Of a stretch of 64,000 nt of DNA, positions 55,009 through 64,000 are shown one piece after another; the stretch's first letter is position 1, and the number at the start of each line of letters is the position of its first letter. The stretch lies in the NCBI GenBank assembly GCA_028289325.1, contig JANQQN010000055.1:8452-72451 (forward strand). The letters are read 5' to 3'. Both the position numbers and the translations under genes were made by a program. The notes beneath the pieces were generated by a model that worked only from the letters and a program-made list of their open reading frames with translations, was not told the origin of the DNA and searched no databases. The DNA is from Myxococcota bacterium (GTDB lineage: Bacteria > Myxococcota > Kuafuiibacteriia > Kuafuiibacteriales > Kuafuiibacteriaceae).

Positions 55009-56688
55009 ATGCATGCGAGCGAAACCAGGGATGGACACCAATCTTCCGCACCGACGCCGGCGGAGCAGAAGGACGCGGAACGAGTACGCATCGAAAGCAC
55101 GACGGCCCGCGATCGAATCCTCCGGACGATCGTGAAGGCCAAGCTGCCGTGGATTCACCGCGACGCGGATGGCGGAACCTTTTCGGTCGGCGCATCGAGA
55201 CCCGCCCGAGACACCCTGGATCTTCTTCCGCAGTCCGAAGAGATATCGATACCGTCCTCAGCTCGGGCCTCCTTCTCGGTTCGTGTCGGCCGAGCGCAGT
55301 TCGAACTAGACGGCGCCATCGACCGAACCGGACCACATCTGGAGTTCGGAAAGAACTGCGACGTATATAGCCTGGCCCGACGTCGTTCGCCCCGAATCCC
55401 ATGGATGCATGAGATCGCGTTTCAAACCCGACGCGGTGCTCATCGCCACGGCTCGATTCTCGATATTGGACCGGGTGGCGTCGCGATGTCTACGCGAGGG
55501 ACGTTGGACGTCGGCGACGAAGTACACTTCTTCGGCCTCATGGGCATCGACCCGCCGTTGTCCAACGCCGTGGTTCGATGGCGTCGAGCGTCTGCAACCG
55601 GGGTGACGGCCGGGCTCGAGTTCATCTTTCCTTTGGGAGGCCAGGCCCTGGAGGTCTTAGTCAGAGAGTACTTTCCGAGGTTGTTCTCCAGGTCCGAGTT
55701 TTCGGAGACCGCCGTACACACCCTGCTCGCAGACTCCGGATACCTTGGCCTCGACCCCGACGTCCGCATGACCCAAGCGTGGTTGCGGCTCGACGACCAT
55801 GAGATCGGGCGAGACATGGTCTACATCGACGAAGACGGTCACCTGGTAGGACACATGTCGCTGACTCGCGCCTATCGGCATACGTGGACTGCCCACCAGC
55901 TAGCGAGCGTATCCAATCACCACGAAGTCGGGACCTGCTGGCGCGAGCTCTATCGATTCGCCTCTATCTGGCCCCGTCTCGCCGATCCACGGCCCGGAGC
56001 GCTCGCCGCGATCTTTCCGCTCAGCCCGTGGAATCGTCGGATGCTGTATGGGTTTTCCGAATGGCTAGACCAGCCTGACAACATCGTGGTCACGAGACTC
56101 GAGCGTTTTCTCCTTCCCGAGGTGCTCGACGACAGCGACCACGACCCCGCCGTCGTCCATCCCGCCGGCCTACATGAGTTGGGGGAAGTCGAGGCGGCGT
56201 TGCCTCGCTATCTGCCGGCGTTGGCCATCGAGAACATGGACCTCACCGAAGGCCATCTTCGCTCCTCGGCCCTTCACCCCAACTACGCCAAGCGAAACAT
56301 CATCCGGCGGCGGGATGTCCTGGTTCTTAAGCGCGGCGACCAGACGATCGCCACCGCGCTCTGCGAGTTGGCGGACCCCGCCCTATCCCTGTTCAACCTG
56401 TTTAACGCGACGTACGTCTTCCCCGTCGATGCGGCCCTCACCCCAACCTCCGACGAGATTCTGCAGCTCCTCTTGGGGATAGACCACGTCTACCGGAAGA
56501 ACGTCTTGCAGCTGTCCATGCTCCTCGTCCCCGAAGAGTGGAAAGAACGAATGGAGCAAGCGAAGTGTCGCTATATCGAGAACGTCGGACTCGTGAACTG
56601 GTCACCGCTCGGGCTTCGTCACTTCGAAAATTACATCGAGCTGATGTTCGAACGCACGGCTCGCAAGAAGTCCAAAAGCTCGGCCTAA
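55009..56688 (+). CDS. PilZ-domain protein with C-terminal GNAT-like acyltransferase region
   Basis: RRSPR and DIGPGG PilZ motifs, AVVRW...GLEF; LVGHMSLTRAYRHTWTAHQLA GNAT-like strand pattern (tentative); GGAGG RBS. Confidence 0.7.
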   Translation: MHASETRDGHQSSAPTPAEQKDAERVRIESTTARDRILRTIVKAKLPWIHRDADGGTFSVGASRPARDTLDLLPQSEEISIPSSARASFSVRVGRAQFELDGAIDRTGPHLEFGKNCDVYSLARRRSPRIPWMHEIAFQTRRGAHRHGSILDIGPGGVAMSTRGTLDVGDEVHFFGLMGIDPPLSNAVVRWRRASATGVTAGLEFIFPLGGQALEVLVREYFPRLFSRSEFSETAVHTLLADSGYLGLDPDVRMTQAWLRLDDHEIGRDMVYIDEDGHLVGHMSLTRAYRHTWTAHQLASVSNHHEVGTCWRELYRFASIWPRLADPRPGALAAIFPLSPWNRRMLYGFSEWLDQPDNIVVTRLERFLLPEVLDDSDHDPAVVHPAGLHELGEVEAALPRYLPALAIENMDLTEGHLRSSALHPNYAKRNIIRRRDVLVLKRGDQTIATALCELADPALSLFNLFNATYVFPVDAALTPTSDEILQLLLGIDHVYRKNVLQLSMLLVPEEWKERMEQAKCRYIENVGLVNWSPLGLRHFENYIELMFERTARKKSKSSA

Positions 56689-56743
56689 CTGCGGCCGCTC
56701 CGTTCGGAGTCGGCCGCCAACGATGCAGGAAAGAAGGTGAACT

Positions 56744-58429
56744 ATGAGTACGCACGCCGTCCTAGTTACAATGTCGGGTTACCCGGTCGTCCCGTCGAAC
56801 TTCATGCCCGATAATGGGCTGGCCCAGCTCGCCGCGTGCCTGGTGGCCGAGGGGCACGATGTCACGATCCTCGACTTCAACACGCCGGAGATGACTGACC
56901 GCTTGTTCCCAAAGGACCTGCGACAGAAGGTATCGCCGCTCGTCCGAACGAAGCTGGAACGACCTCTCGATCCCGATGAAGCGTCCAAGCTTGCTGATCT
57001 GGAGCGCGAGCTCGATGCCCATCGCGACGCGACCTTCGACGCCTTAGGCGTGGAGCTAGCGCGCACCCTCCGCGAGCTCGGCGCCGGCTTCGTCGGCTTC
57101 AAACTGTGGAACGGGGACGGCTTTTCGGGGTCGGAGCGAATGGCCCGACAGGTAAAGAATCAATGGCCCGACCTGCCCGTACTGGGCGGCGGCTCTCACG
57201 CCGACTTCTTCGCCGAGTATCTTCCGACGATCGACAGCGCGTTCGACTACTTCGGCATCCAGGAGGGCGAAGCGACCATCATCGAGTTCGCGCGCTACGC
57301 CAGCGGAGAAGTCTCGATCGACTCGGTCCCTAATCTCGTGTGGCGTACGCGCCTGGGACCGCAGCGCACGGCCACCGACAGGATCGACGACCTCGACGGC
57401 CTACCGGCGCCGCTGTATGATCCGGCGATCTACCCCGCCATTCACGATGCGGGGAAGCTTCGAGCCGGCGTCGTCGAGGAGACCCGCGGTTGTCCGCATC
57501 ATTGCGCGTTCTGTAACCATCCCCTCAAAGCCGGGCACAAACTACGGGTACGAAAGCCCGAGCACGTCGTCGATCTCATGGCAGATATGCGGTCGAGCCA
57601 CGGCATCAGCGCGTTCAAGCTCGGTGGTTCGTACACGCCGACCGGCTACCTCAAGAAGCTCGCGAACTGCCTGATCGATCGGAATCTAGGGGTGACGTTT
57701 TGCGGCTACGGACGCATCAGTGACGCTCGGCGCGCCGACTTCGAGCACTACTATCGAGCTGGATGTCGAAGTCTGTTCTTCGGCGTCGAGTCGGGCAGCC
57801 AGATGCTGCTCGATGAGGCGATCGACAAGGGTTATCAGACCGAACACGCCGAGATTGTCCTGAAGGCGGCAAAGGCGGCCGGAATCTACACCATCGCGAG
57901 CCTCGTGTACCCGAACCCCGGCGAGACCGCAGACAGCCGGCAGGCAACACTGCGCCTTCTGGAGCGCGTCAAGCCTGACGGAGTTCCCGTCCACTTCCCG
58001 TTGCTGTTGCCCGGCAGCACGTGGTGGACGAGCCCACAAAAGTTCGGCTTTGACGTTCCCGATCGCGAACGATTCTTGTCGTGCATGCTCCGTTACAAGG
58101 CCCGCCTTCTCTTCCCGCCCCAGTTCTGGCCGGAAATTCCGTACCGGATCGACGGCCGGGAGTTTGCCGAGTTCGCTCACATGACCGCCGAACTCACCCG
58201 GGACATCGACGCGCTCGGATGCACGACCCTCATCTCCGACGAAACGGCATTGCTCGGTCTCCACTCGGGTCTCGGGATCCGCGAATTTCGAGATGAATTC
58301 CGGACCGCCGTCGCCCTCGGGGACGCAGACGCCCAACAAACGTTGGTCGACCGCGTGAACCGGAATCTCTTGGCCGCGCAACAAACGCCGGAGCCACCGC
58401 CTCGAGCGCAACGTGGAGTCCACGCCTAG
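56744..58429 (+). CDS. Cobalamin-binding radical SAM enzyme
   Basis: GLAQLAACL, LGGGSHA, QEGE (B12 domain); TRGCPHHCAFC; FGVESGS; PGET. Confidence 0.93.
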   Translation: MSTHAVLVTMSGYPVVPSNFMPDNGLAQLAACLVAEGHDVTILDFNTPEMTDRLFPKDLRQKVSPLVRTKLERPLDPDEASKLADLERELDAHRDATFDALGVELARTLRELGAGFVGFKLWNGDGFSGSERMARQVKNQWPDLPVLGGGSHADFFAEYLPTIDSAFDYFGIQEGEATIIEFARYASGEVSIDSVPNLVWRTRLGPQRTATDRIDDLDGLPAPLYDPAIYPAIHDAGKLRAGVVEETRGCPHHCAFCNHPLKAGHKLRVRKPEHVVDLMADMRSSHGISAFKLGGSYTPTGYLKKLANCLIDRNLGVTFCGYGRISDARRADFEHYYRAGCRSLFFGVESGSQMLLDEAIDKGYQTEHAEIVLKAAKAAGIYTIASLVYPNPGETADSRQATLRLLERVKPDGVPVHFPLLLPGSTWWTSPQKFGFDVPDRERFLSCMLRYKARLLFPPQFWPEIPYRIDGREFAEFAHMTAELTRDIDALGCTTLISDETALLGLHSGLGIREFRDEFRTAVALGDADAQQTLVDRVNRNLLAAQQTPEPPPRAQRGVHA

Positions 58430-58479
58430 TACTCGGCGGCTGGCGTTCCGACGCCGGTCGGGAACCCGGCGCGGAGTAC
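58429..58479. terminator. GC-rich hairpin after the radical SAM gene, between convergent genes
   Basis: GTACTC...GAGTAC outer stem and GTTCCGAC-GCCG-GTCGGGAAC inner stem; no U-tract. Confidence 0.3.
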
Positions 58480-58690
58480 GCAAGCGGAGCCTGCGGAGCG
58501 ATTTAAGGCCGTCTCATAGGTAGGTCCTTAAGGCGGCCTGATCCGGTGGATCGGGGAAGTCTGGGGTGCGCGTGCGAGGAAGGGTTTGGGGTAAACGTCG
58601 AGGGTTGAGCGAGCTCCAAACTCCTCCCTCCTACGCTCACCGGGGTTCCGAGCAGAACGAAGTTCGGTAAGGAATCCACGAGATAGGTGA

Positions 58691-59986
58691 CTAGAAGATG
58701 TGGTTGATGCTGATGTAGAGGCCGGTAGTGTCATCGGTGGGGGAGATTCCGTAGTCGGCCCGAATAATGAACGTGTCGCCCCAACGAAGCCGCAGACCTC
58801 CACCGAGCCCTACTTGCATCTCGCCGAGCCCACCGTCGAGGCGCTCGTCTCCGACAGACCGGGAGCGAATGTCGGCCCACACTTGGCCGGCGTCGCTGAA
58901 CACCAGGGCGCCCAGCGTAAAGGGGGAGTCGAACGCCCGAAAATGCAGGAACTCGGTCCGTAGCTCGAGGTTGGCGACGATCTTGGCCTTGCCGTGAAAG
59001 CGGCGAAGCAGCAACCCGCGCACCGAGTCGGCGCCCCCCGGCCCCTCCGTCGTCTGAAAAGAACCGAAGGTAGCGAGGTCGTAAAACGGCGCATCACCAA
59101 CGATGAGGTCTCCGGCCACGCGGGTCGCCACGACCAAATAGCCGGGGATCACTTGAAAGAACCAGGCCGTCGACGCCGACAAGCCAAGATAGTCCAACGA
59201 TGCGTCTACGCCAGGAGACCAGCGCAGTCCGATCGTGGACAGGCTGCCCGTCTCCGGATGGAACTCGTTGTCGCGAAGATCCAAGAGCAGACCTGCTCTC
59301 GCCAAGATCAGAAAGTGATCTTGCGTACCGTGGATCAGGTCTTGAAAGACCTCGTCGTCCGGATTCTGGGGAGACGCCGCTCGCGCGGCGTGGTCGCGCA
59401 GCAACGAGTCTCGCAGGAGCTGGAGCTTGGAGTACGAGGCATCAAGGCCACCAAACAACTCCAGTCGACCCAGGCGCAGTCGGCGCCGAGGAAAGCCGAC
59501 TAGCCGATATCGCAAGAGCCCACTCAGAGATGGACTCATCCGCTCATACTGATGGAATTCCTCGGGAGAGTCTTCAAATCGGGTCGATCGGTTGCCCAGG
59601 CCGAAGTAGTTGACGTTCTCTTGGAGAAAGAATCCGACGCGAGCGCGGGCTCTCAGCCGAGGCGCGATCTCCGGCAAATCGAGGTCGACGCTGTAAGACT
59701 GAACGGGGACTTGCAGGTCGCCGTCGCCAGTCGCGCGAACGGACACCAAGGCCAGGGCTTGCAGGCGCCATCGGTGCGGTTCGTGGTCCGGATCGAACTG
59801 GGTCAGCGCTACGAGGGCGCCCAGGCCGAGGCCCAGGTTGCTGTCGTAGGAGATGATCGGCACCATCCCTGCCTCCAGCCGATTCGCATCGAGTGTCTCC
59901 CCGGCCTGGGCCACCGACGCCCCCTCCGTCGCCGACATCGCAGCGCCGAGGACCAGGTAGAGGCTGAGGCTTGCGTAGCTCACCAT
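58691..59986 (-). CDS. Omp85/BamA-TamA superfamily beta-barrel lacking POTRA domains
   Basis: Signal peptide; PIISYDSNLGLG, DLRDNEFHP, VRGLLLRRFHG, NLELR, FSDAGQVW, terminal Phe. Confidence 0.88.
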   Translation of the reverse strand: MVSYASLSLYLVLGAAMSATEGASVAQAGETLDANRLEAGMVPIISYDSNLGLGLGALVALTQFDPDHEPHRWRLQALALVSVRATGDGDLQVPVQSYSVDLDLPEIAPRLRARARVGFFLQENVNYFGLGNRSTRFEDSPEEFHQYERMSPSLSGLLRYRLVGFPRRRLRLGRLELFGGLDASYSKLQLLRDSLLRDHAARAASPQNPDDEVFQDLIHGTQDHFLILARAGLLLDLRDNEFHPETGSLSTIGLRWSPGVDASLDYLGLSASTAWFFQVIPGYLVVATRVAGDLIVGDAPFYDLATFGSFQTTEGPGGADSVRGLLLRRFHGKAKIVANLELRTEFLHFRAFDSPFTLGALVFSDAGQVWADIRSRSVGDERLDGGLGEMQVGLGGGLRLRWGDTFIIRADYGISPTDDTTGLYISINHIF

Positions 59987-60810
59987 CGTCGCTTCTCCCC
60001 GGCGGATCTCGACCACATCGCGGCTGCAGCCAGTAGCGAGGCGATCATGATTCCGGCGGCGAAGGTCGGGTCGTATGACGCACCGTGGTCCGGAAACGTG
60101 AACACGGCGAGATTCATGCAAGCGTGGGCCACGGTGGTGTTAACCAGCCCCGCCGAGAAGCGATCATAGAGAACGACGAGGCCTACTCGAAAGCCGACAG
60201 TGAATACGCATTGGGCCACGACCCAGGCCGGTCCTTTCCCCATCTGAAGATAGGGCACGACGTGCCACAGCGCCCATATGACGCCGACCCCGAACGCCAC
60301 GCCGAGGTCATACCGGCGTTTCGCCCAGTGCTCGTATAATAGACTCGACCATCCCAGCTCCTCCAATCCCCCGAATACGACGAACGCGAAGGCCAGCAGA
60401 ACCACCCGCTCGACGTCAACCCTTAACGGCGGAAGCGGCGACGCCAGTGCCTGCAGAAGCAGCTGAAGGCCGGCAAGGCCAAGCGGGGCGGCGATCGCGA
60501 TGGCCAGCCCCGTAGTGTCGATACGGCGGTTCGTTAGGTAGATCGACCGCCAAAACGCGCGTTGGCGTTGCGACCCGGTCATCCGAACGACGAGGGCCGC
60601 GACAAGGCCCGGCAGCGCCGCCATGAGCGCGCTCACGGGAACCGGAATCGGCGACGGTTCCGGTCGCCACATCGCAAGCACGGGCTCCAGCCCCCACAGA
60701 AGCCCCGACCCCGTGAGGATCAGACCTAGGTACAGCGTAGTCTCGGTCACGATCCCGGTTCGGGGCTCGATTTCGGACGGCAAGGGTTCGTTCTCTGATC
60801 GCGCAGTCAT
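59980..60810 (-). CDS. CPBP (Abi/CAAX) intramembrane glutamic endopeptidase
   Basis: LEELGWS, WALWH, AHACMN; multiple TM helices. Confidence 0.88.
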   Translation of the reverse strand: MTARSENEPLPSEIEPRTGIVTETTLYLGLILTGSGLLWGLEPVLAMWRPEPSPIPVPVSALMAALPGLVAALVVRMTGSQRQRAFWRSIYLTNRRIDTTGLAIAIAAPLGLAGLQLLLQALASPLPPLRVDVERVVLLAFAFVVFGGLEELGWSSLLYEHWAKRRYDLGVAFGVGVIWALWHVVPYLQMGKGPAWVVAQCVFTVGFRVGLVVLYDRFSAGLVNTTVAHACMNLAVFTFPDHGASYDPTFAAGIMIASLLAAAAMWSRSAGEKRRW

Positions 60811-60955
60811 CCTCTCTTCCTTTCCGTGCCCAGGCTCCGGACCAGTCGGAGCCCGCGTCGGCAACGGCATCTTGCGTCGCGGAGGATGAGCGCTTGAATG
60901 ATGGGCGCGGACAGTCCCTTGTCATTTGCGGTCACGCGGGAAACGGTGAGGAGGG

Positions 60956-62080
60956 ATGGGGGCGCCTCATGTCATCTGCCACACTCGCCGGGCCGCGCCC
61001 CGTCGCACGGCCAACATCCTCATTGGCCCTCTTGAATACTTTCGCGTTCCCGACCACGCGAAGATATCGCTCCTGACCGAATGTGGTCTGCCCGCCAACG
61101 CCCTCGAGGAGCCGGACACACCGATCACGCAGCGACAACAACTCATGGTGATAGCGCGCCTGCTGGAGCGCATGGATTTCGGGCGCTCCGTGCCCCACCA
61201 CGCGCTCGAGGTGGCGCACGCGTATCGGCTGACCCACAACATCTGCGGCCTCACCCTGATGTATGCGAGCAGTTTGAAGGACTGCTTGCGGTTCATCGAC
61301 GCCTACCCGGAGCTGAACTGGGCCCACTCGAGTCGCACTGTGGCCATCGAAGCCGAACGAGCATACGTCGGCTATTCGTTGGCCGAGGATCTGGCCGGGA
61401 GCAACCCATCGCTTCGTCGGTACTGCGAAACGAATGATCTCGCGGGAACGATACGCACTCTCCGAGACTTGGTGGGTCCTGCCTGCCCTCCCTTGGAAGT
61501 CTGGTTGCCCTTCCCGCCTCCGCCCGACCACCGCGAGATACGTAGCAAGCTGGATTGTCCGGTCCTTTTCGACGCACCGCAGGCGCGGGCTTACTTCACG
61601 AGCGGTATCCTCGATGCGCCGCCCCTACTCGCAAACCCGACCGTCTTTCGCACCTACGAGAAACTCGCGGCCCAGATCGCCGAAGGCCTGCGATGGGACA
61701 TTCCGATCTCCGAACAGGTGCGACGCATTCTGACGGTGTCATCGTTTCCGGGTCGCGACGCTGTTGCGGCCATGTTGGCCCTGTCCCCTCGCACCCTCGC
61801 CCGAAGGCTCGACGCCGAAGGCACGAGCTACGGCGAACTCCAGCGCGAAGTTCGTCTTGGTCGAGCCCGCGAGCTCCTACGAGATTCCAGGCGGCCGATG
61901 GCCGAGATTGCCGATGATCTCGGCTTCTCGGACGCCGCCGCCTTCTCCCGCGCGTTTCGAAGCTGGACCGGCCAAACGCCGTCCGGGTGGCGCGTCACGA
62001 CCGAACCGGGCGACGACGACGACCAGCCCGCACCCGAGGATTCGGGAAAGCGGCTTCACCCCGTAGAGTCCGGACCATGA
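60956..62080 (+). CDS. AraC-family regulator with OruR/VqsM-type N-terminal ligand-binding domain
   Basis: LSPRTLARRL..EGTSY, IADDLGFSDAAAFSRAFRSWTGQTP; GAGG RBS. Confidence 0.93.
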   Translation: MGAPHVICHTRRAAPRRTANILIGPLEYFRVPDHAKISLLTECGLPANALEEPDTPITQRQQLMVIARLLERMDFGRSVPHHALEVAHAYRLTHNICGLTLMYASSLKDCLRFIDAYPELNWAHSSRTVAIEAERAYVGYSLAEDLAGSNPSLRRYCETNDLAGTIRTLRDLVGPACPPLEVWLPFPPPPDHREIRSKLDCPVLFDAPQARAYFTSGILDAPPLLANPTVFRTYEKLAAQIAEGLRWDIPISEQVRRILTVSSFPGRDAVAAMLALSPRTLARRLDAEGTSYGELQREVRLGRARELLRDSRRPMAEIADDLGFSDAAAFSRAFRSWTGQTPSGWRVTTEPGDDDDQPAPEDSGKRLHPVESGP

Positions 62081-63948
62081 AGCAAGACGACGTATCGGGG
62101 ATGGTCGAGGCCCTGTACCGCGACCTGTCGCGCCTTCGTCAGGATCTGCTGGAAGCCGAGCACCAGCGCGCCGACGAGCTCGCCGCCGTACCGTTGTCAT
62201 GGAGGGACAGCGCCCGAAACCTCACCCACTACCTGGCGCTCCGTCGTCACGACGTTCGTGCGCTGCAGGTCGACCTCAGCGCGTTGGGCCTGAGCTCCAT
62301 CGGTCGCTTGGAAGCCCACGTCTTGGCCGGGATCGAATCGGTGCTCTTTGCGCTGTCGCGTATCTCCGACGCTCCGCTCGGCCCCGTTCCCCCTCGACCA
62401 CCCCGCCGGACCTTTACCGAAGGCGACACGGCCCTGTTCCGACACACGGAGCAGCTGCTCGGCCCCCCCAGCCCAGAACGCCACGTGAGGGTCATGGTCA
62501 CCCTACCGTCGGCGGCAGCCACAGACTACGAACTGATCCGCAACCTCGTGGCGACGGGGATGAACGTGGCGCGCATCAACAGCGCCCACGACGACCGATC
62601 GGCGTGGACAGCGATGGTCAGCCACACCCGACGCGCAGAGCGGGAGCTCGGCCGAACGTGTCGAATCCTCTTCGACCTCTGCGGGCCCAAGCTCCGCACC
62701 GGGCCCCTGGAGACGGGTCCGGCCATCGTGCATTTCGCGCCCCGGCGCGATGAGCGAGGAACGGTGGTGCGACCAGCGCTGGTGTGGCTCGGCACCGGCC
62801 CCCGGCCCGAGGATTCCGAGCCGACGTCGGCGGTCGTCCCCGTCGACGAGAACCTGGCCCACGCCTTCCAACCCGGCGACGGGATCGAGTTCGTGGATCT
62901 GCCGGGACGAAAGCGCAAGATGCAGGTGGTCCGGCTGGGCCCCGGGGGCGCATGGGCTGAATCTCGGCAGGCCACCTACCTGGAACCTTCGGTTCCGCTT
63001 CGCCTCGTTCGTAGCGGCGTGGTGATCGCCACCGGAGAAGTCGGAGCGATGGATCCGCTCGAGTCGTCCGTCCGCCTGGCCGCCGGCGATCGTTTGATCC
63101 TCACCGCGAGCGAAACACTCGGACGAGCGGGAAGCCGAGAGCCGGACGGTCGATGGCGAGACTGGCCTCGGTTCCCATGCACGCTCGATGCCGCGCTGAC
63201 CCAGGCCAGACCCGGCGACCCGATCTCGTTCGACGATGGCAAGTTCTGGGGGACCATCACCGCGACGACATCGGAGGGTCTGGAGGTCCTCATCGAGAGG
63301 GCACCGCCGGGAGGGGCCAAGCTGCGCGCGGACAAAGGCATCAATCTGCCCGAAACCGCATTGTCGGTCCCCGCGTTGTCGGATGACGATCTTCGAAACT
63401 TAGATTTTGCATCCGAACAGGTCGACATCATCGGCCTATCCTTTGTCCGCGAGCCGGCCGACCTATTCGATCTGCAGCGGAACATCAGCGAACGAACCCG
63501 CCGGCAGTTGGGCGTCATCCTGAAGATCGAAACCCGAACCGCATTCGAGAACCTCCCCCGTCTTCTGTTCGCCGGGCTTCGGCGGCCGCCGTTCGGCGTG
63601 ATGGTGGCTCGCGGTGACCTCGGCGTCGAAGTGGGCTTCGAGCGCCTGGCGGAGGTGCAGGAAGAGATCCTTTGGTTGTGCGAGGCGGCCCACGTTCCCG
63701 TGGTGTGGGCGACTCAGGTGTTGGAAGGGCTGGCCAAAAAGGGCGTACCATCGAGAGCGGAGGTCACCGATGCCGCGATGAGTGGCCGCGCGGAGTGCGT
63801 CATGCTCAATAAAGGCCCTTTCGTGCTCGATGCGGTTAGCTTCCTCAATCGCGTCCTGCTTCGGATGCGCGAACACCACCACAAGAAAACGCCGATGTTG
63901 CGCCGGCTCAAAGTATCCGAAGGCCGATACGAACAACCCATAGACTGA
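62077..63948 (+). CDS. pyk: Pyruvate kinase (long type with N-terminal extension)
   Basis: GMNVARINSAH, DLCGPKLRT, KGINLP, LKIET, MVARGDLGVE, WATQVLE, SRAEVTDA, CVMLNKG; ATG 62077 overlaps the AraC stop. Confidence 0.93.
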   Translation: MKQDDVSGMVEALYRDLSRLRQDLLEAEHQRADELAAVPLSWRDSARNLTHYLALRRHDVRALQVDLSALGLSSIGRLEAHVLAGIESVLFALSRISDAPLGPVPPRPPRRTFTEGDTALFRHTEQLLGPPSPERHVRVMVTLPSAAATDYELIRNLVATGMNVARINSAHDDRSAWTAMVSHTRRAERELGRTCRILFDLCGPKLRTGPLETGPAIVHFAPRRDERGTVVRPALVWLGTGPRPEDSEPTSAVVPVDENLAHAFQPGDGIEFVDLPGRKRKMQVVRLGPGGAWAESRQATYLEPSVPLRLVRSGVVIATGEVGAMDPLESSVRLAAGDRLILTASETLGRAGSREPDGRWRDWPRFPCTLDAALTQARPGDPISFDDGKFWGTITATTSEGLEVLIERAPPGGAKLRADKGINLPETALSVPALSDDDLRNLDFASEQVDIIGLSFVREPADLFDLQRNISERTRRQLGVILKIETRTAFENLPRLLFAGLRRPPFGVMVARGDLGVEVGFERLAEVQEEILWLCEAAHVPVVWATQVLEGLAKKGVPSRAEVTDAAMSGRAECVMLNKGPFVLDAVSFLNRVLLRMREHHHKKTPMLRRLKVSEGRYEQPID

Positions 63949-64000
63949 ACGCTCGCGATGACGAGCCGAAGGTGTGGCACGTTCTGCTGGACCACGGAGC

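Noticed and set aside
58480-58690. Purine-rich 200-bp spacer as possible ncRNA or IS end
   Set aside because: No terminal inverted repeats, second copy or recognisable RNA motif found.

Overview
High-GC bacterial chromosomal window. The gene repertoire (Hanks-type kinase, DUF4388 and roadblock proteins, patatins, PilZ protein, FG-GAP protein) suggests Myxococcota; this is an inference. I found no rRNA, full tRNA, CRISPR array, integrase or transposase. The left ~18 kb looks accessory: a divergent Tat-exported Alr-family PLP enzyme with Ala at the catalytic Tyr265 position, gene debris, a tmRNA-like att remnant, a TonB/dead-S9-peptidase fusion, immunity-like genes, a sigma54-preceded nuclease-type polymorphic toxin with a coupled partner, and a TIR protein. 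Next come a PaoABC-like molybdo-flavoenzyme operon and a long minus-strand run: protease, two secreted patatins, FG-GAP protein, AraC, antiporters, a tightly coupled six-gene DUF4388/kinase/roadblock/OmpA/coiled-coil-roadblock/protoglobin operon, and a hybrid kinase. The right part holds tenA, a third patatin, a single-chain eukaryote-like acyl-CoA carboxylase, a hybrid kinase with a recently duplicated receiver divergent from a PilZ-GNAT-like gene and a B12 radical SAM gene, then Omp85, CPBP, AraC and pyruvate kinase. Best candidates for an undescribed system are the globin/roadblock/kinase/OmpA operon (35221-40562) and the kinase/PilZ-GNAT/radical SAM module (52654-58429). All family calls come from motif recognition by eye; no searches were run.
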